Assembly (NCBI GenBank): GCA_012800215.1
Contig: JAAZJT010000072.1
Span: 1-34,697, forward strand
Length of the DNA: 34,697 bases
Direction: 5' to 3'
Source: Bacillota bacterium
GTDB taxonomy: Bacteria; Bacillota; Dethiobacteria; Dethiobacterales; Dethiobacteraceae
Shown: positions 15,381 through 24,039 of the stretch, in pieces
Layout of the letters: the number at the start of each line of letters is the position of its first letter
Position numbering within the stretch: position 1 is the stretch's first letter
The notes under the pieces: model-generated
The model's database searches: none
What the model was told of the DNA's origin: nothing
The model's input: the letters and a program-made list of their open reading frames with translations, nothing else
Program-made: the position numbers and the translations under genes

Positions 15381-16415
15381 GTGAAAGAATTGCGCAGTTT
15401 AGAAGATGTAAAACAATTTAATGTAAAAAAAGATCGTATTATGTATTCTGCTAATGAGGATGAAATAGTTGCAGGGGCGACAACGGATATTTATTTTATT
15501 CGAACTCTGGAATTGTTGCGAGCTGCTGGAAAAGACAACACAGAAGTAACTGCAGAAATCTTTGCAAATGGCGAAGGCGTGCTGTGCGGCATCGAGGAAA
15601 CAATTAACCTGCTTAAAAATAAAGATGTACAAGTATGGGGTTTGCAAGAAGGGGAAAAATTTGCACAGAAGGAAGTTCTTTTACGCATCAAAGGCCGCTA
15701 CAGTGATTTTGGGGTGTATGAAACAGCAATTCTGGGGATTTTGGCTAGTTCTAGTGGTTGGGCTACTGCAGCCAGGCGTTGTAAAGAATTAGCAGGTGAC
15801 AAAGCCGTTATTTGTTTCGGTGCAAGGCATGTACATCCTGCTATTGCTCCCGTTATGGAAAGGGCAGCAATTGTCGGTGGTGTTGACGGCTGCAGTTGTA
15901 TTTTAGGAGCTAAGCTGGTAGACCGGCAGCCAATGGGTACTGTCCCTCATGCAGTAATGTTAATAATCGGGGATACTTTAGAAGTGGCTGAGTATTATCA
16001 TAGTATAATGCCGCCGGAAGATCCGCGTATTATTTTGGTTGACACATTTAAGGATGAGGCGGAGGAGGCACTGCGCTTGGCAAGGGCACTGCGCGAAAAC
16101 TTACACGGTGTTCGCCTTGACACACCTGGCGAGCGGGGTGGCGTTACTCCAGGACTGGTGCGTGAGATTCGGGCTAGGTTAGATCAGGCAGGTTTTTCGC
16201 ATGTAAAACTTTTTGCTTCCGGCGGTATTGACGAAACTCGCCTGCCGGCATTATTGGAAGCCGGTATTGATTCTTTTGGCATAGGTTCTTATATTTCACG
16301 TGCACCTGCCATTGATATGACTATGGATATCAAAGAAGTAGAGGGCCGCCCGGTAGCTAAAAGGGGTCGTATTCCCGGTATCACCAATTCGCCTCGCTTG
16401 AAAAAAATATTATAG
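15381..16415 (+). CDS. pncB: Nicotinate phosphoribosyltransferase (short, archaeal/clostridial type)
   Basis: 344 aa with a GTG start after GGAGGG. TDIYF...ETAILG...FGARH...GTVPHA...LVDTF...GVRLDTPGERGG...SGG are NAPRTase / type II PRTase family motifs. Confidence 0.8.
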   Translation: MKELRSLEDVKQFNVKKDRIMYSANEDEIVAGATTDIYFIRTLELLRAAGKDNTEVTAEIFANGEGVLCGIEETINLLKNKDVQVWGLQEGEKFAQKEVLLRIKGRYSDFGVYETAILGILASSSGWATAARRCKELAGDKAVICFGARHVHPAIAPVMERAAIVGGVDGCSCILGAKLVDRQPMGTVPHAVMLIIGDTLEVAEYYHSIMPPEDPRIILVDTFKDEAEEALRLARALRENLHGVRLDTPGERGGVTPGLVREIRARLDQAGFSHVKLFASGGIDETRLPALLEAGIDSFGIGSYISRAPAIDMTMDIKEVEGRPVAKRGRIPGITNSPRLKKIL

Positions 16416-16430
16416 AGCGGGGGTTAAATA

Positions 16431-18044
16431 ATGGAACGGATAGAAATGGATTTCTTTCTGTACATTTTGTCTGACTATATAATGATAAACGAGTTAGTTT
16501 CAGAAAGTTATGCTCGCTTTTGCCTGCAAAAAGTGAGTGTAAAAAATGGCTTACGGCTTGAAGATATGTTCAGAGCCAAAATGGAATATCAGAAGCCCCT
16601 AACAACTAAAGATTTTGCTAGTATGATCACGCAATTTTTAAATCGATTTGGTGGGGGGCCATATATTTGCCAGGTTAATGATGAAGAAAAACTGGAGCTA
16701 ATTAGCTTCAATTGTGCATTTAAACATATTCTTAATAAACATCCGGTTCTTTGTGGGCTGGTGCTGGATATTTTCGGCAGCATTGCCGCGCGTAACTTTC
16801 CCTATTGCAAAATTAAAAAGACAACACTAAACCAAGAAAAGTCGGAATATTGTCAAGTGATATTTTATTTAGCTCAAACTGATGAGGCAGAACAAGCACC
16901 TGGCACTGTTTATAAACCTGATACAGATATTGTAACCAGCAATGATCTGCAAAAAATGCAGGCAGAGCTTCTATTTAAAGATAGGCAGTGCTTGCAGGAA
17001 CTAAAACTGCAGCACAGGGAAATGGAAACAGAATATAATCAATTACGCAATGAAATTTTTTCTGCATTAAAAATTGGTGTTTTATCTGTTGACAGTTCAA
17101 ATAGAATTACTTATATAAATAAAGCCGCTGAGGAATTAATTGGCAAAGGGTATTGGTCTTCAGTTGCTGGTCAAGCGTTGCAAAAAGTGTTGGCAGATAC
17201 AATAAAAAATAAAATAAGATATAACCAGTACTTACTGCAAATCCCCGCGACGGAGACTGTGCAGTACTATTCTGTTAATACTGCACCATTATTCAATGAT
17301 GAGAGCGAGCTAAATGGTGCAGTCTGCGTTTTTCAGGATGTTACAGAATCCAAAAAAATGGAAGATGAATTATTGCAGTTGGAGAAGTTTTCACTTTTGG
17401 CTGAATTGGCAGCGGGAACGGCGCATGAAATTCGCAACCCTATTACAACGATGCGCGGTTTTTTACAGATTTTGTCACAGGAGTTTAGCCCAGGAACAAA
17501 AGGCCATGAATATTGTTCATTATTAATAAACGAAATTGATCGTGTAAATTTTATTATTAGAGAATTTTTACTTTTAACTAAGCCAACAGCTCCGAATCTG
17601 AAAAAAACTGATATCCACTTAATTTTAGAGGAAATTTTGCTTTTAATTGAAAGCAAATCTTTGCTTGAAGATGTAAATCTGCAAAAAAATTTAGCTCCAC
17701 ATTTACCGGCAGTCAAGGCGGATCCTGCCCAGATCAAACAGGTTTTTCTTAATATTGCCACCAATGCTATTCAGGCTATGTCCAGCGGTGGAAATTTAAC
17801 AATTACCACCATGGTAGAAAATGATAAAGTAATAATACAGTTTGCCGATACAGGTACCGGTATGAGCACGGCTCAGCTAAAGAGGATATTTAACCCCTTT
17901 TTTACAACTAAAGAACAGGGGACAGGACTAGGGTTGACAATTTCTTACCGGATTATTGAAAGCCATGCAGGTCGAATTTATGCAGACAGTAAACTTGGGG
18001 AAGGTACTACTTTTACCATTGAGCTTCCTGCGCTTAATGATTAA
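16431..18044 (+). CDS. Cytoplasmic orphan sensor histidine kinase (Cys-rich V4R-like N-domain, PAS, HisKA, HATPase_c) of the KinA-like sporulation-kinase type
   Basis: 537 aa with no TM segments. The H-box ELAAGTAHEIRNPITTMRGFLQIL is close to the KinA family, and the N, G1 (DTGTGM) and G2 (GTGLGL) boxes are present. PAS-like LSVDSSNRITYINKAAEELIG is seen. No response regulator is adjacent. Confidence 0.85.
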   Translation: MERIEMDFFLYILSDYIMINELVSESYARFCLQKVSVKNGLRLEDMFRAKMEYQKPLTTKDFASMITQFLNRFGGGPYICQVNDEEKLELISFNCAFKHILNKHPVLCGLVLDIFGSIAARNFPYCKIKKTTLNQEKSEYCQVIFYLAQTDEAEQAPGTVYKPDTDIVTSNDLQKMQAELLFKDRQCLQELKLQHREMETEYNQLRNEIFSALKIGVLSVDSSNRITYINKAAEELIGKGYWSSVAGQALQKVLADTIKNKIRYNQYLLQIPATETVQYYSVNTAPLFNDESELNGAVCVFQDVTESKKMEDELLQLEKFSLLAELAAGTAHEIRNPITTMRGFLQILSQEFSPGTKGHEYCSLLINEIDRVNFIIREFLLLTKPTAPNLKKTDIHLILEEILLLIESKSLLEDVNLQKNLAPHLPAVKADPAQIKQVFLNIATNAIQAMSSGGNLTITTMVENDKVIIQFADTGTGMSTAQLKRIFNPFFTTKEQGTGLGLTISYRIIESHAGRIYADSKLGEGTTFTIELPALND

Positions 18045-18068
18045 AATATATATTCTTCGCTGGAAATG

Positions 18069-18092
18069 AAACACGCGGTAGCGTGTTTTTTT
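18069..18092 (+). terminator. Rho-independent terminator
   Basis: AAACACGC / GCGTGTTT stem with loop GGTA and a T-run to 18092. Confidence 0.8.
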
Positions 18093-18183
18093 GATTTAAA
18101 TGAATCAGCAAGTTGTGTTTAGCAGCAAACTGTATAGGATGGCTGTTTCAAGGTAATTCTATTAAGTGTTGTATTGTAAGAAA

Positions 18184-19008
18184 ATGGGGGGCACTGTTTT
18201 GACAAAGCAGCAACAGGGGCAACTAGTGATTATCGGCGGTGCCGAAGATAAAAAAGGTGAATGTAAGATCCTGCGGCGTTTTTTTAAACTGGCGGGTGGA
18301 AGGAATGCTCATATTGTAGTTCTTTCTACTGCTAGCTCTGACCCGCATGCAGGAATACAATATCAGCGTATATTTAACGATTTTGGTGCTGAGCAAGTGC
18401 AGGTGTTTGCCATTCAGAACAGGGAAGAAGCCGCTAGCACTCAGTTTTGCGATTCTTTAAAAGACAGTACCGGTATTTTTTTTACAGGAGGCGATCAATT
18501 ACGGATTACAGGTATTTTGGGTGGCAGTGTGCTTGGCGGTGAGCTGTTAAAAAGTTTTGAGCGGGGTGCTGTAATTGCAGGGACCAGCGCAGGCGCCTCA
18601 GTTATGAGCGAGACCATGCTCGTGGGGGGCTTAGATGATGCTACTCCCAGTAAGGAAATCATTCGTATGGCTCCAGGCCTCGGTTTGATAAAAGATGTGA
18701 TAGTTGATCAACATTTTGCGCAGCGCGGACGCATTGGAAGATTACTGACGGTAGTTGCTCATAATCCCTATATTTTGGGAATTGGAATTGACGAGGATAC
18801 AGCGATTGTTATTGATGGTACAGAAGAGTTTGAAGTAATAGGCTCCGGTACAGTTACAGTACTAGATGGACGTCAAGTTACGCATTCCAATGTGTCAGAA
18901 TCCAGCCCCGATCAACCTTTGGCATTAATTAATGTAAAAGTACATATTTTGCCAAGCGAATATCGTTTCAATTTATACGAACGTTTCGTGACGATGCCAG
19001 CAAAGTAA
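18184..19008 (+). CDS. cphB: Cyanophycinase (peptidase S51), intracellular type
   Basis: LVIIGGAEDK, FFTGGDQLRI and the catalytic-serine motif GTSAGAS are present, with no signal peptide. The start is uncertain. The frame opens at GTG 18166, ATG 18184 lacks an RBS, and TTG 18199 lies 7 nt after GGGGGG. Confidence 0.85.
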   Translation: MGGTVLTKQQQGQLVIIGGAEDKKGECKILRRFFKLAGGRNAHIVVLSTASSDPHAGIQYQRIFNDFGAEQVQVFAIQNREEAASTQFCDSLKDSTGIFFTGGDQLRITGILGGSVLGGELLKSFERGAVIAGTSAGASVMSETMLVGGLDDATPSKEIIRMAPGLGLIKDVIVDQHFAQRGRIGRLLTVVAHNPYILGIGIDEDTAIVIDGTEEFEVIGSGTVTVLDGRQVTHSNVSESSPDQPLALINVKVHILPSEYRFNLYERFVTMPAK

Positions 19009-19027
19009 GGAGGACAAAAGGTTAGAA

Positions 19028-21715
19028 ATGAAGATTTTGGAGCTGCATTTTTTTCCAGGGCGTAATATTTACAGCCACCATCCAGTTATGAAAATGCTGG
19101 TGGACTTAGATTCTGCCAAAGATTTTTGCACAAGCTCTGATCCTGCTTTTGCTAAGCGCTTGCTACAAGCTTTACCTGGTTTAGGTGAACATAAATGTTC
19201 GCGACGCCGCCCCGGCGGTTTTGTGGAACGTGTTGTCGAGGGAACATACTTAGGTCATGTTATAGAACATGTTTTTTTGGAATTGCAGGAGCAAGCCGGG
19301 CTGGGCACAAAATATGGGAAAACTTTTACCGGAGAAGGCCGGTTTGTGAAAATAATAAGCGAATACCGCTGTGAACAGGCAGCTCGCATCTTGGCTGCAG
19401 CAGCCTTGGATTTGGTGCAGGCAGTGTTGAAGGGGCGTCTCTATCAGGCGAAAAACGCCATAGCTGCGGCTAAGGAAGCAGCTGCACGCTACTTGCCGGG
19501 GCCAAGCACAGCTGCTATTTTGGCTGCAGCGGCAAGGCGCGGTATCCCTTATCAGCAGCTTGCGCCTTGTACGAGTTTATACCGTTTGGGTACAGGCAAA
19601 TACCAAAAACGTATTGAGGCTAGCCTTAGTGAAAGAACGGGCTGCATAGCTGTTGATATTGCGTGCAATAAATCTATAACTAAAAAAGTACTGGACCAGC
19701 ATGGTTTACCCGTTCCCTATGGGGAAGTAGCATATTCAGTCAAAGAGGCAATGGCTATTGCTGCTAAAATAGGCTTCCCAGTTGCTATGAAACCGGATAA
19801 CGGCAATCAGGGTAAGGGTGTTTCTTTAAACCTCAAGAACATGGCAGAAGTTAAAGAGGCTTTTAAGCTGGCGGCGACTTTTAGTAATGCAGTGATTGTT
19901 GAGACCTACCTTGTGGGAAGACATTACCGTTTACTGATAGTAAACGGTAAGTTGGTTGCAGCAGCTGAACGCATACCTGCACATGTCATTGGTAATGGCA
20001 AAAATACTGTACTAGAACTGGTGGAACAGGAAAACAGTAAATCTTTACGGGGCAATGGACATGAAAAGCCTTTGACTAAAATACCACTTGATGATCTGAC
20101 CAAAGCAGTTTTACAGCGCCAGGGGGTAAGTTTGACTACTGTTATAGCTGCCGGTAGGCGTGTCTTTTTGCGTGATAATGCTAACTTATCTACAGGTGGT
20201 ACAGCCTATGACGTAACAGATGCTGTGCATCCTACCCAAGTAGAATTGGCAGTTAATGCAGCTAAATATGTTGGTTTAGATATTGCCGGTGTTGATATTG
20301 TTATGCAGAATATTGCTTTACCGGTTTCAGAACAGGAAGGAGGTATTATTGAAGTAAATGCGGCACCTGGTTTGCGCATGCATTTACATCCGGCTGGCGG
20401 AGAAAGCCGTGATGTGGGGCGAGCTATTATCGATTCACTCTTTCCGCCTCATCAGCCGGTACGTGTTCCGGTTTTTAGCATTACCGGGACTAATGGTAAA
20501 ACTACAATTACCAGGATGCTTGAATATGTTATGAGGCGCCTTGGCTTTTTTACGGGTATGTGCTGTACTGACGGCCTTTACTATAACGGGGAAAAAGTAA
20601 AGGATGGTGATTTGACGGGTCCCGGCGGCGCCGGTGCAGTGTTGGCACACCCAGAAGTAGAGGTTGCTGTTTTAGAAACAGCACGTGGCGGGATAGTGAA
20701 GCGCGGCTTAGGGTATGACCTGGCCGATGTGGCGGTGATTTGCAATGTCCGTGAAGACCACCTGGGGCAGGATGGTATAGACAGTATAGAGGATTTACTT
20801 CATGTGAAAAGTTTGGTAGCAGAAGCAGTTTACCGGGAAGGAACAGTTGTCCTTAATGCTGATGAGCCGCATGTTAACCGCCTGGCGGAAAGAGTCTGGT
20901 GTAATATTATCTATACTAGCCGCAAGGAAGATAATATTATAGTCAGGCGTCACCTGGGCCAAGGAGGGCGCGCGCTTTTTATCCGGCGCGGTGCTATTCT
21001 GGCTGCCCAGGGCAGTCGCGCCATGCTAATAGGCCGCGTACGTGATTTTGCTGCGACTTTTAATGGCTATGCCATACATCAAACGGAAAATTTACTGGCG
21101 GCTTTAGCTGCCTGCTGGGGTTATGGTTTGTCATCACGCCAGGCTGGACTCTACTTGCGTAAGTTCACTTCATCACCACAGGATAACCCGGGCAGGGCTA
21201 ATCTGTTTCAAATTGCCGGGGTAAAAATATTGGTGGATTATGGGCATAACCCTGATGGCTTTGCCAAAATGGGCGAACTGATTAAGAAGATGAAAAAAAA
21301 GCGCACATTAGCTGTAGTTGGTGTACCGGGGGATCGTAGTGATAAATTAATAGTGGAAGCAGGTAAAGTGGCAGCGCAGTACTTTGATCAGCTGCTGATA
21401 AAAGAGGATGAGGATTTACGTGGACGTAAGGCTGGGGAAGTGGCGGCACTCTTAAAGGAAGGTGCCTTATCTGCAGGAAAAGATGCTGCCCAAATTGCAT
21501 TTTTCCCTCGGGATAGGGATGCTGTCAGGGCAGCTCTTAAAATGGCTGCTGTTAATGATTTGGTAATAATTTTTTATGAGAAATTAGAACCTGTTTTAGC
21601 AGAAATTGCTGCTTGGCAGATAGAAAAGGAAAATACTGTGGAATTAATGCCGCCGCAGGAGACAGTTGAATCTTTTAACCCCGGTATTTTAACTAAGAAG
21701 GAATTTAGTATTTGA
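19028..21715 (+). CDS. cphA: Cyanophycin synthetase (N-domain, ATP-grasp, Mur-ligase-like domain)
   Basis: 895 aa. It has an ATP-grasp core (KPDNGNQGKGV...EVNAAPGLRMH) and the Mur-ligase P-loop ITGTNGKTT plus DYGHNP. Length and domain order are typical of CphA. Confidence 0.92.
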   Translation: MKILELHFFPGRNIYSHHPVMKMLVDLDSAKDFCTSSDPAFAKRLLQALPGLGEHKCSRRRPGGFVERVVEGTYLGHVIEHVFLELQEQAGLGTKYGKTFTGEGRFVKIISEYRCEQAARILAAAALDLVQAVLKGRLYQAKNAIAAAKEAAARYLPGPSTAAILAAAARRGIPYQQLAPCTSLYRLGTGKYQKRIEASLSERTGCIAVDIACNKSITKKVLDQHGLPVPYGEVAYSVKEAMAIAAKIGFPVAMKPDNGNQGKGVSLNLKNMAEVKEAFKLAATFSNAVIVETYLVGRHYRLLIVNGKLVAAAERIPAHVIGNGKNTVLELVEQENSKSLRGNGHEKPLTKIPLDDLTKAVLQRQGVSLTTVIAAGRRVFLRDNANLSTGGTAYDVTDAVHPTQVELAVNAAKYVGLDIAGVDIVMQNIALPVSEQEGGIIEVNAAPGLRMHLHPAGGESRDVGRAIIDSLFPPHQPVRVPVFSITGTNGKTTITRMLEYVMRRLGFFTGMCCTDGLYYNGEKVKDGDLTGPGGAGAVLAHPEVEVAVLETARGGIVKRGLGYDLADVAVICNVREDHLGQDGIDSIEDLLHVKSLVAEAVYREGTVVLNADEPHVNRLAERVWCNIIYTSRKEDNIIVRRHLGQGGRALFIRRGAILAAQGSRAMLIGRVRDFAATFNGYAIHQTENLLAALAACWGYGLSSRQAGLYLRKFTSSPQDNPGRANLFQIAGVKILVDYGHNPDGFAKMGELIKKMKKKRTLAVVGVPGDRSDKLIVEAGKVAAQYFDQLLIKEDEDLRGRKAGEVAALLKEGALSAGKDAAQIAFFPRDRDAVRAALKMAAVNDLVIIFYEKLEPVLAEIAAWQIEKENTVELMPPQETVESFNPGILTKKEFSI

Positions 21716-21734
21716 TGGCGAATATTGTGCGCAT

Positions 21735-22610
21735 ATGAAACAAAAGCAGGTTAGCGAAAAGGCGTATGCCAAAATCAATTTAATATTAAAGGTAACGGGT
21801 AAACGTGCAGATGGCTATCATAATCTGCAAACAGTCTTTCAAAGTTTAGCACTCCATGATGTGCTGACATTCTCAGCGGCTGCTCCTGACGAAGTCAGCC
21901 TAAGTACCAATATTCCCACGCTGTCAACAGAGGCGGATAATTTAGTTTGGCTTGCGGCAGTGAAATTGAAGGAGTTCTACGGTATACGAAAAGGAGTTCA
22001 TATAGATCTACAAAAAAACATTCCCATTGCAGCAGGTTTAGGTGGAGGCAGCAGCGATGCTGCAGCTACTTTACGCGGGCTGGTTCGCTTTTGGCAGCTT
22101 CCCTGGGAATGGTCTTCCCTGCAGAAAATCGCAGCGCAATTGGGATCAGATGTGCCCTTCTGCCTGCAGGGGGGTACAGCTTTAGGTACAGGGCGCGGGG
22201 AGAAGTTGCGCTCATTAATGCCGTTGCCTTTTTTTTATGTGGTATTGGCAAATCCAGGTTTTGCTGTTTCTACTGCGGCTATTTACAAAGCTTTACGGTC
22301 TGCAGAAATAGAGGAAACTGCAAACATTTCAGACATGTTACAAGCTATTGAAGCAGGAGATTGTCAAGGAGTACTTACTCACTTGTCCAATACTTTGGAA
22401 ATACCGGCCTTTCGACTTTACCCTGCTGTTCAGGTTTTAAAAAATGAAATGGAGAAAACAGGTGCTGCAGTGTTAATGAGTGGCAGTGGACCCACAGTTT
22501 TTGCTTTATTTACTACAAAACAGGCTGCAGACGCTGCTAAAGCAGCTTTAGAGAAAAAAGCAAAATGGGTTTATTTAACTACTACTCATGCAGGCATCGG
22601 CCGGAGGTAA
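21735..22610 (+). CDS. ispE: 4-diphosphocytidyl-2-C-methyl-D-erythritol kinase
   Basis: 291 aa with AYAKINLILKVTGKRADGYH and the GHMP motif PIAAGLGGGSSDAAA. Confidence 0.93.
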   Translation: MKQKQVSEKAYAKINLILKVTGKRADGYHNLQTVFQSLALHDVLTFSAAAPDEVSLSTNIPTLSTEADNLVWLAAVKLKEFYGIRKGVHIDLQKNIPIAAGLGGGSSDAAATLRGLVRFWQLPWEWSSLQKIAAQLGSDVPFCLQGGTALGTGRGEKLRSLMPLPFFYVVLANPGFAVSTAAIYKALRSAEIEETANISDMLQAIEAGDCQGVLTHLSNTLEIPAFRLYPAVQVLKNEMEKTGAAVLMSGSGPTVFALFTTKQAADAAKAALEKKAKWVYLTTTHAGIGRR

Positions 22611-22613
22611 GTT

Positions 22614-23366
22614 ATGTTTGATGTAATTATTTTAGCCGGAACAGCAAAGCCTTCAGAACTTACTACCAGTGAAAATGTGCATAATAAGGCTTTTTTACTG
22701 ATTAAAGGCAAGACAATGTTAGAGTATGTAATAACAGCATTACGTCAGGTAAATAAAGTTAATCGCATTGCTGTGGTTGGCCCGCAGGCGGAACTGGCAG
22801 AGTTGGCAGAAAAATTTTCAGGAGTATGTGTTGTGCCTGAAGGTCGTAATATTGTAGAGAATATGGAGCAGGGGGCTGCTGCTCTGAAACCAAAACAGCA
22901 CTTTTTAGTTGCTTCTGCTGATATTCCTTTCCTTACAGCTGCTGCTGTGCAGGATTTTCTGGCAGCCTGTAGCCCATATAGTGCTGATCTTTACTATCCG
23001 ATAGTCAGGCGTATTGATAATGACCGGCGTTTTCCTGGGGTTAAACGCACTTATGTCAAACTGCGAGACGGTGAATTTACGGGTGGTAATATTTTCCTTG
23101 TTAATTCAATGTGTTTAGAGCAGGCATTACCACGGTTAGAGGAAATTTTTGCTTTGCGTAAAAGTCCTTTTCGTTTAGCAGCTACTCTAGGTTGGGGGTT
23201 TGTTTTAAAGCTGCTTACTCAACGACTGTCTATTGCTGAACTGGAAAAACGCTTTTCTGCCCTCTTTGGCATTGATGGCAGGGCCGTTATTTCCAGCTAT
23301 CCAGAAATTGCGACAGATGTAGATAAGCCGTCTGATTTATTATTAGCAAAGCAGCAGCTAAAGTAA
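22614..23366 (+). CDS. Uncharacterised nucleotidyltransferase-fold (MobA/NTP_transf_3-like) protein
   Basis: 250 aa with the ATG 4 nt after the ispE stop and RBS GGAGG inside the ispE 3' end. The N-terminus VIILAGT...NKAFLLIKGKTMLEYV and ASADIPF resemble MobA-like NTP transferases, but the canonical GxGxR loop is absent. Confidence 0.6.
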   Translation: MFDVIILAGTAKPSELTTSENVHNKAFLLIKGKTMLEYVITALRQVNKVNRIAVVGPQAELAELAEKFSGVCVVPEGRNIVENMEQGAAALKPKQHFLVASADIPFLTAAAVQDFLAACSPYSADLYYPIVRRIDNDRRFPGVKRTYVKLRDGEFTGGNIFLVNSMCLEQALPRLEEIFALRKSPFRLAATLGWGFVLKLLTQRLSIAELEKRFSALFGIDGRAVISSYPEIATDVDKPSDLLLAKQQLK

Positions 23367-23498
23367 ATAATTTGTAATAATAAATATATGAGCAAAAATC
23401 ACATTATATCGTCTATATTTTGCTAAATAACCCTAAGAAAATGGGAAATATTTAGGCAAATTCATGTGAATTTTGTAACATTAGCAATAAGTTTAACG

Positions 23499-23540
23499 AA
23501 TATTTTACTTTTGCGATATTTTACAAAGTAAATATTTTCC
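23499..23540 (+). repeat. Three phased direct repeats RATATTTTMC at a 16-bp spacing upstream of the spoVG promoter
   Basis: AATATTTTAC at 23499-23508, GATATTTTAC at 23515-23524 and AATATTTTCC at 23531-23540. Confidence 0.8.
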
Positions 23541-23551
23541 CAGTAAAAAGC

Positions 23552-23577
23552 AGGAATTCTTCTTTTTACGTGGAAAT
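23552..23577 (+). promoter_or_regulatory. Candidate sigma-H promoter of spoVG
   Basis: AGGAATT (23552-23558), a 14-nt spacer ending in cgtg, then GAAAT (23573-23577). As I recall it, the B. subtilis spoVG promoter is AGGATTT-N14-GAATT with the same cgtgGAA junction. Confidence 0.5.
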
Positions 23578-23618
23578 AGCAACAATACAACTTGTGGCGG
23601 GAAAGGCGGTGATTAAGC

Positions 23619-23894
23619 ATGAAAGTTACCGACGTCAGAATTAGAAAAATCAATCATGATGGTAAAATGAAAGCCATTGTCTCTATTACTTTGGACAATC
23701 AGTTTGTTGTGCACGATGTGCGTGTTATTGAAGGTAACAATGGGTTGTTTGTCGCTATGCCGAGTAAGCGCACACCGGATGGGGAGTTTAAGGATATTGC
23801 TCACCCCATTACTTCTGAAACACGTGAGATTATTCAGTCAGCAGTTTTACTCGCCTACAACACAGAATTAGAAAGGGAATTAGTTGGTGCATAA
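23619..23894 (+). CDS. spoVG: Septation protein SpoVG
   Basis: 91 aa. [11 protein letters not shown]...[47 protein letters not shown] is near-invariant SpoVG sequence. Confidence 0.96.
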   Translation: MKVTDVRIRKINHDGKMKAIVSITLDNQFVVHDVRVIEGNNGLFVAMPSKRTPDGEFKDIAHPITSETREIIQSAVLLAYNTELERELVGA

Positions 23895-23895
23895 C

Positions 23896-23922
23896 GGAGC
23901 AACCATGCTCCTGTTTTTTTTT
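23896..23922 (+). terminator. Rho-independent terminator
   Basis: GGAGCA / TGCTCC stem followed by a 10-T run. Confidence 0.7.
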
Positions 23923-24039
23923 GCTCATATATCAGTAGTGTATCGGAAAAAAATTGATTTTAGTAGAATTGTAGCATTCTGCTTGCAGAAAGGGTAAAAT
24001 AAATGGTGGGTAGGTAAAGCAAAAGGGGGCAAGCATTTT

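Noticed and set aside
21947-22351. 134-aa alternative-frame ORF inside ispE, with similar internal ORFs in metG, cphA, mfd and the kinase
   Set aside because: They are embedded in confidently identified genes and have Arg/Cys/Ser-rich out-of-frame composition with no start signals.
23384-23430. AT-rich hairpin (AGCAAAA ... TTTTGCT) after the NTP-transferase gene as a terminator
   Set aside because: It is a 7-bp all-weak stem with a ~20-nt loop and no clear U-tract, so it is not convincing as an intrinsic terminator.
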